In this document: one piece after another, positions 1 to 9,146 of the stretch
How the letters are laid out: each line of letters starts with the position of its first letter
Position numbering within the stretch: the stretch's first letter is position 1
Source: an uncultured Gammaproteobacteria bacterium
Lineage (GTDB): Bacteria > Patescibacteriota > Microgenomatia > Levybacterales > UBA12049
Direction of reading: 5' to 3'
DNA: 64,000 nt
Assembly (NCBI GenBank): GCA_964515545.1
Contig: CAZERI010000001.1
Coordinates: forward strand, 69,625 to 133,624
Program-made: the position numbers and the translations under genes
Notes under the pieces: generated by a model
What the model was told of the DNA's origin: nothing
The model's database searches: none
What the model saw: only the letters and a program-made list of their open reading frames with translations

Positions 1-306
1 ACAAGAATTCCTACGTCATCATTTCCTGCCTACCAGTCAGCTGCTGATAAAGCATACGGAGATTATTGGAAAAATGTCGATGAGAATTATCCTTGGTTTA
101 ATAAATTTCCTATCCGTACAGATAGTTACTTTCTGTATTTTGATCTCAATAAGAAATCTTTCGTAGCTAATCTCTATCCTCAGAGCAATAACTCCCAATC
201 CATCGACTCTCAAGTTGCTCAAATGAAGCAAACGATTATTAATCAGGTTGCATCGATTACACACCAGCAAAACAATCCTATCGAATATGCAATTTTTGCC
301 CAATAA
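1..306 (+). CDS. 3' fragment of a hypothetical protein (frame 1 is open from the window edge to TAA at 304-306); preferred over the antisense ORF 37..303
   Basis: Uninterrupted frame-1 translation from nt 1 (TRIPSSFPAYQSAADKAYGDYWKNVDENYPWFNKF...AIFAQ*). Next gene starts 7 nt downstream on the same strand. Confidence 0.4.
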   Translation, partial: TRIPTSSFPAYQSAADKAYGDYWKNVDENYPWFNKFPIRTDSYFLYFDLNKKSFVANLYPQSNNSQSIDSQVAQMKQTIINQVASITHQQNNPIEYAIFAQ

Positions 307-312
307 CTGCTC

Positions 313-813
313 ATGTTTTTAAATAGAAAGCTATCACCTCAACTAATCTTGTCAGGAATTGTGGGAGTGCTCGCTCTGTTAGTAGTCTTTTTTACACTTG
401 CTTCATTCCTTAGACCCAGCTCTACCCAAAACCCAACCAGACCATCTCCCACTCTAACATCGGCAGTACTGCTTAACCAGCAAGAAAAATCCTACCCTGA
501 AGCAACCCCTCAGACATTCCAGAACAGTAAGGCTACAGAGAAAGGAACGCTTGTGGTCAATGCAAATAGTAAAGGAGGGATTGCTAAGATCGATCCGCTA
601 CCAATAGGCGAGACACAAGGGCCAAAAGACCTCAGCTCCCTTCCTAGAATCCCCGATCAAACGCTCCCTTTTATTTACAAAGACATCCCCTCAGGACAAC
701 ATACTCTTCTCGTATCGAAGCCTGGCTATCTTGCCCAAAAAGTATCTTTTACTATTAATCCAGGCCAAATCACCCGACTTATCATAAGTCTTATTCCCAT
801 TTCTCAGCAATGA
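313..813 (+). CDS. membrane-anchored secreted protein; the C-terminal beta-rich segment resembles a PEGA/carboxypeptidase-regulatory-like domain
   Basis: N-terminal TM helix (LILSGIVGVLALLVVFFTLASF), Pro/Thr-rich linker, HTLLVSKPGYLAQKVSFTINPGQITRL motif. ATGA overlap with next gene. Confidence 0.5.
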   Translation: MFLNRKLSPQLILSGIVGVLALLVVFFTLASFLRPSSTQNPTRPSPTLTSAVLLNQQEKSYPEATPQTFQNSKATEKGTLVVNANSKGGIAKIDPLPIGETQGPKDLSSLPRIPDQTLPFIYKDIPSGQHTLLVSKPGYLAQKVSFTINPGQITRLIISLIPISQQ

Positions 814-2231
814 ACAAGTCTTACTTACTCATTTTTTTAACCATCGCTTTAACCATAGGCTTTTTCTTTGTGAGAAAAAATGTTGCTCTGGCTGCAGATA
901 GTTCTTCTCCTTGTATTACTGATCCCGTCCACATCAGTACCGTTACAGAAAAATTCCTCCCGCTTGCTGCTGAATGCGTAGCTAACACCCCTTATTCCTA
1001 CTGTGGCCGTGCTGAACAAAAAGATGGCGAATATGCGCCTAGCCCTAACTGTGTTACACCAAAATACATCATCATGCATACAACTCACGGTGATTTAGAT
1101 ATCGATGGTATTTATTCTTACTTTGCTGATGGGTCAGGTGGTCGACATGTAGGATCACACTTCGGAATTGGTCAGGATGGGAAAATTATCCAGATGGTTG
1201 CCATGGGCAAGACACAAGTTGAATATGCCCAAGCAGTCGGTGGTATGAAGGAGCATATTTCCATTGAAATGGGTGCACCCGGCAACTATGGGAGTAAGAG
1301 TGACGCTCCCCCAAATCAATATACCTCTGCATTAAGGCTCGTTAAGACACTAATGCAAACATACAATATTCCTTCTGAAAACGTGCAGGGTCATTTTGAC
1401 TTCTGGCCTGTTTCAAGTGGGGGAGCTGGTGATCCAGGAGAAGGCTGGATGAAAGACTTTAAAGCAGATCTCATCAACGCTACTCCACTAGATGGGACAT
1501 CAAACCCAAGCACTTCAGGAAATGGAAGCGGTTCAACGAGCTATACAGGATGTGTCATCACGAAAGTGGGTAATCCTACTGATCCTTCTCCTCCCCTCCC
1601 TGCAGATTGTAATAAGGGAAATGGAAGCGGTGGAGGATTACCAGGCGGTCCATGCCAGGCAGCTCCGCCTCTTCCAGCAAATGTTAAACAAGCTATTATT
1701 GATAAGTGGGGGATCACCCTTAACATACCTGATGATCAGGTCGCTCTAGCTTGGGATGAATTTTACAGAATTGACTGCACTGGATTCCTGCAGGACATCA
1801 AAGGAACATTGGTAGAAAGTTGGGGGGAGGACTACGCACAACAATTCTCCTGTCCAGGGACTAGTGGAGATTACGGAGATGTTGATGTTGAATTCAGTAA
1901 CCAATGGTCAGGGAGGTTTATGCAGACAATTCTAATTCATGAGCTAACACATGTCTGGCAACATTGTAGCAGTAGAGGGGAACAGAATCTGATAGACAAC
2001 GACAGTGCTTTTGCGCAAGAAGGTGGATTAACTAAGTATTCTCGAAATGAATGCCCTAAATTTACTTCAAAAACTCCCAATAAAGAGGATCATGCTGATA
2101 CAATAGCTCTCTATCTCAATTCTGACCAAGGAGAATTAACATGTGGAGATGGAGCACCAAACCCATTTGCTGGCGGAGGACATTCTCTTCATAGAGCATC
2201 AGCTGAAAAAGGAGTTGGGAAAGCACAATGA
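810..2231 (+). CDS. secreted N-acetylmuramoyl-L-alanine amidase (Amidase_2/PGRP fold) fused to a C-terminal HExxH zinc-metalloprotease-like domain
   Basis: Signal/TM at N-terminus. Amidase_2 signature YIIMHTTHG...GRHVGSHFGIGQDGKIIQMV. Gly/Ser-rich linkers. HELTHVWQH (HExxH) in the C-terminal domain. Confidence 0.7.
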   Translation: MNKSYLLIFLTIALTIGFFFVRKNVALAADSSSPCITDPVHISTVTEKFLPLAAECVANTPYSYCGRAEQKDGEYAPSPNCVTPKYIIMHTTHGDLDIDGIYSYFADGSGGRHVGSHFGIGQDGKIIQMVAMGKTQVEYAQAVGGMKEHISIEMGAPGNYGSKSDAPPNQYTSALRLVKTLMQTYNIPSENVQGHFDFWPVSSGGAGDPGEGWMKDFKADLINATPLDGTSNPSTSGNGSGSTSYTGCVITKVGNPTDPSPPLPADCNKGNGSGGGLPGGPCQAAPPLPANVKQAIIDKWGITLNIPDDQVALAWDEFYRIDCTGFLQDIKGTLVESWGEDYAQQFSCPGTSGDYGDVDVEFSNQWSGRFMQTILIHELTHVWQHCSSRGEQNLIDNDSAFAQEGGLTKYSRNECPKFTSKTPNKEDHADTIALYLNSDQGELTCGDGAPNPFAGGGHSLHRASAEKGVGKAQ

Positions 2232-2878
2232 GAAGCAACAAGCCAGTACTTATCATTTTAGGAATAACTTTTCTTCTTGCCGTGATTGTGATGATTATGG
2301 CAATTAGCAGCCTCTTTAGTCCCTCCCATAAGAACTCCCCTGAAAATATTCCCACACCCACGCTCGTTCCTTATACCAGAGATCCAAATGGCCAGTTTAT
2401 CTTCACACCGCTTCAGAGGACAGTAATTAATAAAACGACTGACAAGGAAATCCAGGAGAAAAATCATGTTATCAGTAAATCTAGGCTTGGGGAAATAACA
2501 AGCTACATTGTTACTTCCAATACCATAGGGCAGACAGATGAGATCAGAACAAAAAATGGAGTGGTAATATTTGAAAGTATTAATATTTTCAACAAAAAGA
2601 CAGGCAGCTACCCGCCTAAAGTATCTGTCTACCAGAAAGAGTTCGGCCAACCGGAAAAGATTCTAAAGAGTGTCTCTCCTCTAGGGATATATATATCAGC
2701 CTACATTTATGCCTCTGACGGATTCACTCTTTTCGTCAATCACAATACCAACACTGTATATGTCGTTCAAAGATTTACCCCTATGAGCCTTGCTGCCTAT
2801 GAGAAAACCTATGCTGATTATATCCAGCCTGCCCCAGAGTATCCTCAAGAGGCTCCCATAACTACTGTTGTACCCTGA
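2228..2878 (+). CDS. membrane-anchored hypothetical protein (extracytoplasmic)
   Basis: ATGA overlap with upstream gene, N-terminal TM helix, no recognisable motif. Confidence 0.45.
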   Translation: MRSNKPVLIILGITFLLAVIVMIMAISSLFSPSHKNSPENIPTPTLVPYTRDPNGQFIFTPLQRTVINKTTDKEIQEKNHVISKSRLGEITSYIVTSNTIGQTDEIRTKNGVVIFESINIFNKKTGSYPPKVSVYQKEFGQPEKILKSVSPLGIYISAYIYASDGFTLFVNHNTNTVYVVQRFTPMSLAAYEKTYADYIQPAPEYPQEAPITTVVP

Positions 2879-3977
2879 TAGGCATAATCAGATGAAGATA
2901 AGAAGCGTCATCTTTGAGCTTAAATACTCCTGGATTTAATGGCCCTGTCATCTCTAAGGATAACTCTGTTTGAGGAATACCTGAAAGAACATCTAAAAGG
3001 TAGCGAGCATTAAAGGCTATTTCATTTTCCTCCCCTGTTAATTTCCCTTCAACCTCAACAGTATTCTCACCAAGAGAAGGCGTCTGGGATGAGACAATCA
3101 ACTTATCTTGTTTTAAAGAGAACTTGATAATATTTGCAGCTTCCCTGGCAAAGATAGAACAGATTTTTACTGCCTTGAGGAGTTCTTCTCGATCAAAGAA
3201 AATCCGAGAATTGTGGTCTGATGGGATAATTCTCTCATAATTGGGAAATTCTGCCTCAATTAATCTTCCAATAAGAATAGTCTCCCCCATTTCAAACATC
3301 ACTTGATTACTTCCTTTAGCAACATGGATGAGGACATCTGTTGTGTCGTCTCGAATAGAAAGAATTTCTCTCACGACACGAGCTGGAATAATAATGGTCT
3401 CCTCGTCTTTAGCTGTTGTCTCACTTCCTGAGACAAGGTGATGTTTTAAAGAAAGACGATAGCCATCAGTACCTACTAACAAAAACCCATTGCCTTCCTT
3501 TTTCACTAAAATTCCTGAGAGAGCTGGACGGGAGGTATCAGTGCTAGCAGAAAAAACTACCATTGAAGCATCTTTTTTAAGGTCTGTAAAATTAACTTTA
3601 GCGATTGTTTCCCCTTTTTCCTCATAGAGCTTAGGGTAGTCTGAGGCAGGAATTGTCTGGAACGAACTCTTGGTCTTTTTACTCTCAATAGTAACAGCAT
3701 TGTCTGTTGTGGTAAGTGTTATTTTTTCATTAGGCAGTGAATTAATTAGTTCAGAAAACGTTTTTGCAGGAATCGTGGTAGCTCCTTCTTCTTCTATCTC
3801 AGCTGCAATCTGCGTCTGAATTCCAATCTCCAAGTCAGTACTGCTAATTCGTAAGATACCATTACGTGCTTCTATAAGAATATTTAATAGAATAGGGAGA
3901 TCTGTTCTGGAAGAGATAGCATGATTGAGGTAACTTATTTTTTTTTGGAGATTTTCTGAAAGAACTGTTACCTTCAT
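2862..3977 (-). CDS. dnaN: DNA polymerase III beta subunit (sliding clamp)
   Basis: Typical clamp N-terminus MKVTVLSENLQKKISYLNHAISSR...LPILLNILIEA. 371 aa, downstream of dnaA on the same strand. Confidence 0.9.
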   Translation of the reverse strand: MKVTVLSENLQKKISYLNHAISSRTDLPILLNILIEARNGILRISSTDLEIGIQTQIAAEIEEEGATTIPAKTFSELINSLPNEKITLTTTDNAVTIESKKTKSSFQTIPASDYPKLYEEKGETIAKVNFTDLKKDASMVVFSASTDTSRPALSGILVKKEGNGFLLVGTDGYRLSLKHHLVSGSETTAKDEETIIIPARVVREILSIRDDTTDVLIHVAKGSNQVMFEMGETILIGRLIEAEFPNYERIIPSDHNSRIFFDREELLKAVKICSIFAREAANIIKFSLKQDKLIVSSQTPSLGENTVEVEGKLTGEENEIAFNARYLLDVLSGIPQTELSLEMTGPLNPGVFKLKDDASYLHLIMPIRVQQ

Positions 3978-4228
3978 ATATATTTATTTGTTGTTGTTGT
4001 AGTGTATCGGGAAAAGTGGAAAAAAGCAAGAATATACTACCCCATAATAACGATTATTTGTAGTAAAAAGACCCCAAAGACAAGCGATTGTTTTTTTAAG
4101 CGCTACAATAAGAGTTCTATAATAATAGAAATCTTTTAATGATACATGCCTAAGTAAATGTTGATAATAAGTGGAGGATTTTGGGTACAACTTAGGGATA
4201 AATAAAAAATTGGAGTTATCCGAAAGTT

Positions 4229-5608
4229 TTACCCAACAAATGCTTTAGTTATCCCCATGATATCATCAACAATTTTAGCCTTGTTTTCCACAAGACCTTC
4301 TATCTTTTCCACACCATGCATAATGGTAGTATGATCACGTCCTCCTAAGAGATTGCCTATTTCAACATAGGTGAGGCCTAGCTGCTCTTTGAGAAGATAC
4401 ATCGCTACCTGTCGGGCTTTAACAAGGCTTGCGTCACGTTTTGGTCCTTTGAGTTGAGTTGCTTTCACTCCATAGAACTCACAGACACTCTTAACTACAT
4501 CTTCAGCGTGGATATGCGAAGTCCTCTCTTCGCGCATAATCCCTAGAGCTTTTTCTGCTAGATCGAGATTGATCTCTCCCCCTGTGGTAGTAGCTTGGGT
4601 AATAACGCGAAGTAACAACCCCTCAAGGCTCCGTGTATCCTCTACTCTCTCTGCCAGAAGTGTGGCGACTTCAATTGGTAGGCTATAACCAAATTTCTCA
4701 GCTTTCATTTGGAGGATTGCAGTCTTTAGCTCAACATCAGGCTTCTCGATATCGACAGTTAATCCTCCAGCAAAGCGGGAAGAAAGACGCTTTTCCAACT
4801 TCTTTATCTCATGGGGCGGGCGATCTGAGGAGAGGCAGATTTGCGCATGGTTATCAATAAGGATATTAAATGTATGAAATAATTCTTCTTGGACTTTCTC
4901 CTTACCTTCAATAAACTGGATATCGTCAATAATAAGAAGAATTGCGGAGCGAAATCTCTTCTTCATTTGAGCGGTTGAATTAGTACGGATTGCCTCAACT
5001 ACTTCGTTAGTAAATTCTTCACTCGTAATATAGATGATCTTTTTATCAGGAGCTTGGAGATAGACTTGGTTAGCGATTGCATGCATGAGATGTGTCTTGC
5101 CTACTCCAACTGGTCCATAGAGAAAAAGGGGGTTATAAAATGTGCCGATATGCTTAGCCACTGTCGAGGCAGCTGTGAAAGCAAGCTGGTTACTGCCTGA
5201 GACAGCAAAAGTAGCAAAGGTGTACTCGGGACGGACTCGGGGAAGGTGTCCGATAGCAAGGGGCTGTGACTTAATTTTTTCTGGCTCAGCTGTGATTTCC
5301 TTTTTCTCATGAGAATCTGCAAAGAGAGGACTTTCTTCATCCTTAGATTCTTGTTTTATAGCTTTAACGATAAAGACTATTTCATTATCTCGTTTAGTGT
5401 TCTTGTCTAACAGGAGCTTTATATCAGCCTTAAAGCGTTTTTGGAGTAAGTCTGCGATCATAAGAGAAGGAGTGGCGATGGTTGCAATATTGTCATCAAG
5501 CGAAAGGAGTGCAGTACTTTTAAAAAACATGACAAAATTGCCTGTTGAGACCTTCTTTTTAATTTCTGAGAGTACGGCATTCCAAGTAGCTGTTAATTCT
5601 TTATCCAT
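4229..5608 (-). CDS. dnaA: chromosomal replication initiator protein DnaA
   Basis: Walker A GPVGVGKTHLMHAI, AAA+ domain, C-terminal DnaA DNA-binding signature (LTYVEIGNLLGGRDHTTIMHGVEKIE). Confidence 0.95.
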   Translation of the reverse strand: MDKELTATWNAVLSEIKKKVSTGNFVMFFKSTALLSLDDNIATIATPSLMIADLLQKRFKADIKLLLDKNTKRDNEIVFIVKAIKQESKDEESPLFADSHEKKEITAEPEKIKSQPLAIGHLPRVRPEYTFATFAVSGSNQLAFTAASTVAKHIGTFYNPLFLYGPVGVGKTHLMHAIANQVYLQAPDKKIIYITSEEFTNEVVEAIRTNSTAQMKKRFRSAILLIIDDIQFIEGKEKVQEELFHTFNILIDNHAQICLSSDRPPHEIKKLEKRLSSRFAGGLTVDIEKPDVELKTAILQMKAEKFGYSLPIEVATLLAERVEDTRSLEGLLLRVITQATTTGGEINLDLAEKALGIMREERTSHIHAEDVVKSVCEFYGVKATQLKGPKRDASLVKARQVAMYLLKEQLGLTYVEIGNLLGGRDHTTIMHGVEKIEGLVENKAKIVDDIMGITKAFVG

Positions 5609-5680
5609 AATTATTGTGATAGAAACCCTAAAGCAGAGATCTGTAGAGACCGGAAAGGCAGATAGTAGTCAGTCTACTCA

Positions 5681-5689
5681 TGTGGATAA
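5681..5689. promoter_or_regulatory. perfect DnaA box (TGTGGATAA = reverse complement of TTATCCACA) in the dnaA-rpmH intergenic region
   Basis: Exact 9-mer match read directly. Lies 72 bp upstream of the dnaA start codon on the other strand. Confidence 0.55.
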
Positions 5690-5766
5690 CTCCTGTCAAG
5701 ATGATCTTTTTATATCGGCTGACCCGCCTTCCCAAATGAGGATAAAACTGATATAATGTCTCCAGT

Positions 5767-5901
5767 ATGGAAAAATTTGCTACTCTTAAAAAAGTAAAAC
5801 GTCAAAGGAAACACGGTTTCTTGTCCCTTATGAAGTCTCATGGGGGGCGCAAAGTAATTGAGCGTCGACGTGCAAAAGGTCGTAAGAGTCTTACTATCTA
5901 A
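5767..5901 (+). CDS. rpmH: 50S ribosomal protein L34 (44 aa; not in the ORF track because it is under 60 aa)
   Basis: [44 protein letters not shown], a clear L34 signature. TATAAT at 5752-5757. Confidence 0.85.
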   Translation: MEKFATLKKVKRQRKHGFLSLMKSHGGRKVIERRRAKGRKSLTI

Positions 5902-5906
5902 TTATC

Positions 5907-6236
5907 ATGCTTCCCTCAGCCTATCGTCTCCCTCATGGAAAGAGGATATCTTCCAGATTTACTTTTAGAAGTCCCATTTTTCTCCTTAAGATTGCTTCAA
6001 ATACTCAGGAGAATTCCCGTTTTGGAATTATCATTAGTAAAAAGATAGACAAGAGAGCCGTGAGGCGTAACCGTATGCGACGTTTGTTGCAGCAGTTTAT
6101 TCAAGAGCATATAGCTCTTTTTCCTAAATCATCAGACTATCTTTTTATTGTAACTACTGCTTTTGAAGATCTTCCAGACAGTATCGAGTCTGAACTGGAA
6201 CGATATTTTAAACATACCCATGAAAAGAATAGCTGA
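5907..6236 (+). CDS. rnpA: ribonuclease P protein component
   Basis: Basic protein with the RnpA motif (RLLQQFIQEH... IISKKIDKRAVRRNRMRR), immediately downstream of rpmH. Confidence 0.85.
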   Translation: MLPSAYRLPHGKRISSRFTFRSPIFLLKIASNTQENSRFGIIISKKIDKRAVRRNRMRRLLQQFIQEHIALFPKSSDYLFIVTTAFEDLPDSIESELERYFKHTHEKNS

Positions 6237-6432
6237 TTTACTCATCCGTTTTTATCAGGTTATCATCTCCCCTCTTCTTCTCCAAGTCTTGGGAGTTCCA
6301 AGTATTTGCCGGTTTGAGGAGAATTGTTCTTCCTATGCCCGAAGAGTTATTAAAGAGTATGGTATACTATACGGACTAATGCTGACAGTAAAGCGACTTG
6401 TCGCCTGTCAGCCTTTTATTCATTATGGGTAG
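6220..6432 (+). CDS. yidD: membrane protein insertion efficiency factor YidD
   Basis: ISPLL...CRFEENCSSYA...ACQPFIHYG conserved Cys pattern. The ATG at 6220 is preferred over the TTG at 6163. Confidence 0.8.
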   Translation: MKRIADLLIRFYQVIISPLLLQVLGVPSICRFEENCSSYARRVIKEYGILYGLMLTVKRLVACQPFIHYG

Positions 6433-7279
6433 TATTTTTACAACACTTCTTGTTCAGCCGATTACCAACCTGCTTGTCGTGATCTATCAGCTGTTAGTGT
6501 ATCTCCATATTCCTTCTCCATTTGGCTTCTCGATTATTCTGCTGACCATGGTTATTAGACTGGCACTCTTCCCTCTTATGGCAACCCAGTTAAAGTCCTC
6601 AAAAAAAATGCAAGAAATAGCCCCGGAGCTAAGTGCGTTGAAGGTAAAATATAAAGGTGATACTCAGCGTCAGCAAGCAGAGACGATGGCTCTTTATAAA
6701 AAGTATGGTATTAACCCAGCAGCAGGATGTCTTCCTGTTCTTATTCAGCTCCCAATTATCTGGGGTTTATATTCTGTTTTGCAAGAAGCTGTTAAGCAGA
6801 CCACTGTTGGCGGTATTAATCATCTTATCTATACTGATTCATTAAAGCTTTCTCAGATGTGGGATACTCATTTCTTTGGAATTCCCCTTGGTAAAACCCC
6901 CTCTCAATTATTAGGGACTGTAGGAGTTCTCATTTTGATACTTCCTCTCTTAACAGCGGTTACTCAATTTATCCAATCCAAGATGATGCTGCCAGCTGCT
7001 GCTCCTAAGGCCCCAACTCAAAAGAAATCAGATACGATGACTGATTTTGCTAGTGCTTTCCAGACTCAGTCTCTCTATATCTTTCCTCTTATGATCGGTT
7101 TCTTCTCCTTTCAGTTCCCATCAGGTCTCTCCTTCTACTGGATTACTTTCACTGTTTTTGGTATCATACAGCAGTATTTAATGCAGAGAGGTTCAGCTCC
7201 CCTGGAGCCTGCTTCTCCGCTTGCATTACCGAAGTCATCAACTAAAAAGAGAAAGGCTAAGAAATTACATGGCAAGTAA
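6398..7279 (+). CDS. yidC: membrane protein insertase YidC (short form)
   Basis: LYKKYGINPAAGCLPVLIQLPIIWGLY core YidC/Oxa1 motif. Multi-TM with a basic C-terminal tail. Confidence 0.85.
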   Translation: MSPVSLLFIMGSIFTTLLVQPITNLLVVIYQLLVYLHIPSPFGFSIILLTMVIRLALFPLMATQLKSSKKMQEIAPELSALKVKYKGDTQRQQAETMALYKKYGINPAAGCLPVLIQLPIIWGLYSVLQEAVKQTTVGGINHLIYTDSLKLSQMWDTHFFGIPLGKTPSQLLGTVGVLILILPLLTAVTQFIQSKMMLPAAAPKAPTQKKSDTMTDFASAFQTQSLYIFPLMIGFFSFQFPSGLSFYWITFTVFGIIQQYLMQRGSAPLEPASPLALPKSSTKKRKAKKLHGK

Positions 7280-7733
7280 GTCACCAAACGAACAACAAAT
7301 AATTCAGGAAGTAACAGAAAAACTTCTTCATGAGCTAGAGGTCTCTGGCACCGCAGACGTAGTCGTTGCTGAGGACACAGCTGATATTATCCTAGAGACA
7401 GAGGAAAGTGGGCTTATTATTGGGTACCATGGTGAGATCCTAGAGGCTTTGCAGCTGCTTATTTCTCTTATCTCTTCTCGAAAGATCGGCCGTTTTGTGC
7501 GAGTATCAGTGGAAGTTGGGGATTACAAGAAAAACCGTACTGAATATTTGGAGCGCTTAGCAGAGCAGACTAAAGAGAGAGTCCTTCAAGAAGGAAGAGC
7601 TCATACTCTTTCCTCTCTAAAATCTTGGGAGCGACGTGTTGTCCATTTGGTCCTTCAGAATGATGACGAAGTTACCTCCGAATCAATGGGTGAAGGAAAA
7701 GATCGGGTCTTGGTTGTCAAACCTCGCGACTAG
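7269..7733 (+). CDS. jag: Jag/KhpB RNA-binding protein (KH + R3H domains)
   Basis: GLIIGYHGEILEALQ (KH-like) and a C-terminal R3H-like region. Canonical position after yidC. ATG 7269 preferred over TTG 7221. Confidence 0.8.
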   Translation: MASKSPNEQQIIQEVTEKLLHELEVSGTADVVVAEDTADIILETEESGLIIGYHGEILEALQLLISLISSRKIGRFVRVSVEVGDYKKNRTEYLERLAEQTKERVLQEGRAHTLSSLKSWERRVVHLVLQNDDEVTSESMGEGKDRVLVVKPRD

Positions 7734-9105
7734 CCCAACGCGTACCCTCTTCTATCTTTTCTTATTTAGTATTTCTTCTCAGTTTGGCCGTCACTTCTGG
7801 CCAGCCTTTAGTAGTCTAAATGGATTACGAGTAGATTACCTCTCCCCCACTCTCTACTTTTCAGATATCATTATAGTCCTTCTCTTTATTGAAATGCTCC
7901 CTGTTATTGTGCGGACTGTTCCCCTCTGGAAATTAGGTATTAGTACAGCACTTCTTATCGCCTTTGGGTATCTTTCCTTTCTATCGGTCTCTCCTCTTAA
8001 TAGTCTGGTTGGTGTTCTACGATTATGTGAAATAGTAGGTATGAGTTTTGTCTGTGCCCGTTTTTTTAGTAAACAGGCTCTGATATCTTCTATCCGATTT
8101 TTGATCTCCTCTTCAGTAATACTTATAAGTCTGTTGGCTATCTGGCAATTTCTCAATCAGAGCTCTGTTGGAGGCTTATGGTATTACTTAGGGGAAAGAA
8201 GTTTTACTTCACTTACCCCCGGTATAGCCAATGCTTCGCTAAACGGGACACTTATTCTCCGTCCTTATGCAACCTTTCCTCACCCTAATGTCCTGGCAGG
8301 ATTTATGGTAGTAATGAGCATTTACCTTCTCTATTTTATTCCTCAGGGCATGGAGGTCCGGTATAGAAGATGGCTAAGTATCATTGCCCTTTTTCTAGGA
8401 ATGGTGACAACCTTACTAACCATGAGCAGGACAGGGATAGTTGTTTTAGCCTTTGTGTATGTGGTGTGGTTAATAAAAAAAGCTTTCTCCCGAAAAATCC
8501 TTTTCAGCCTAGTGATAGCCTCAATTATTGGAATAGCGGGATTTCTTTTTCAGACCGGCATTTATCTTCGGTTTACTGCTCTTAGTTTTTCAGACGAGGC
8601 AATTACATTGCGAGAATTTTTACTCATAAGAGCATGGGAGCTCTTTCATTCGCATATGCTAACAGGAGTCGGGCTACAAAATTTTCTTCCGGCACTTGCT
8701 CTCCTTCTTCCTCAGGCTACTCCGCTTATGTATTTCCAGCCTGTCCACTCTGTCTATTTTCTGTTGTTGAGTGAGACAGGTTTGGTAGGAAGTTCCCTGG
8801 TGCTTCTTTTCTTGTTTTATCTTATGTGGCGTATTCTCACTTCTTCTCAAAAGCTAGGGAAAACAGTACTCCTTTTTTCACTCCTTCTCCTTTTTTTGAC
8901 TGATCATTATTTTTATACACTCCATCAAGGACAACTACTTCTCTCATTTTCTCTCGGTTTATTATTAGCTCAGACATCACCTTTCACAAGACAAGAAGCG
9001 AAAAATTTGAGAAAAGACACAGGACACAGGAAGGCGAAAAAAAGCTTGAGCCATCGGCCTGTGAAAATTTCCCGAAATGGTAAATCAAGCGTGAAAAGAA
9101 AATAA
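7636..9105 (+). CDS. O-antigen ligase-like (Wzy_C superfamily) polytopic membrane protein; start uncertain (GTG 7636, ATG 7660 or ATG 7894)
   Basis: At least 10 TM helices. Wzy_C signature HSHMLTGVGLQNF ... HSVYFLLLSETGLVGS. Basic C-terminal tail. Confidence 0.65.
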   Translation: MLSIWSFRMMTKLPPNQWVKEKIGSWLSNLATSPTRTLFYLFLFSISSQFGRHFWPAFSSLNGLRVDYLSPTLYFSDIIIVLLFIEMLPVIVRTVPLWKLGISTALLIAFGYLSFLSVSPLNSLVGVLRLCEIVGMSFVCARFFSKQALISSIRFLISSSVILISLLAIWQFLNQSSVGGLWYYLGERSFTSLTPGIANASLNGTLILRPYATFPHPNVLAGFMVVMSIYLLYFIPQGMEVRYRRWLSIIALFLGMVTTLLTMSRTGIVVLAFVYVVWLIKKAFSRKILFSLVIASIIGIAGFLFQTGIYLRFTALSFSDEAITLREFLLIRAWELFHSHMLTGVGLQNFLPALALLLPQATPLMYFQPVHSVYFLLLSETGLVGSSLVLLFLFYLMWRILTSSQKLGKTVLLFSLLLLFLTDHYFYTLHQGQLLLSFSLGLLLAQTSPFTRQEAKNLRKDTGHRKAKKSLSHRPVKISRNGKSSVKRK

Positions 9106-9146
9106 CTTCAGAGAGATAAGGATGATGTACAATAGACATACTGCCT

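Noticed and set aside
37-303. Minus-strand 88-aa ORF at the window start
   Set aside because: The plus strand is open in frame 1 from nt 1 to the TAA at 304-306 with a protein-like sequence, and sits 7 nt before the next plus-strand gene. The minus ORF is most likely its shadow.
849-1088. Numerous short antisense or overlapping ORFs in the track (e.g. 849..1088, 1492..1749, 4633..4860, 8370..8585, 19945..20364, 24864..25070, 26151..26636, 30033..30349, 37188..37406, 59776..60288)
   Set aside because: They lie entirely inside well-supported genes on the opposite strand or in another frame, with no motifs; treated as shadow ORFs.
3941-3949. A9 homopolymer within the dnaN coding sequence (as T9 on the plus strand) considered as a phase-variation tract
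   Set aside because: dnaN is essential. The tract encodes QKKI in frame and is most likely just AT-rich codon usage.
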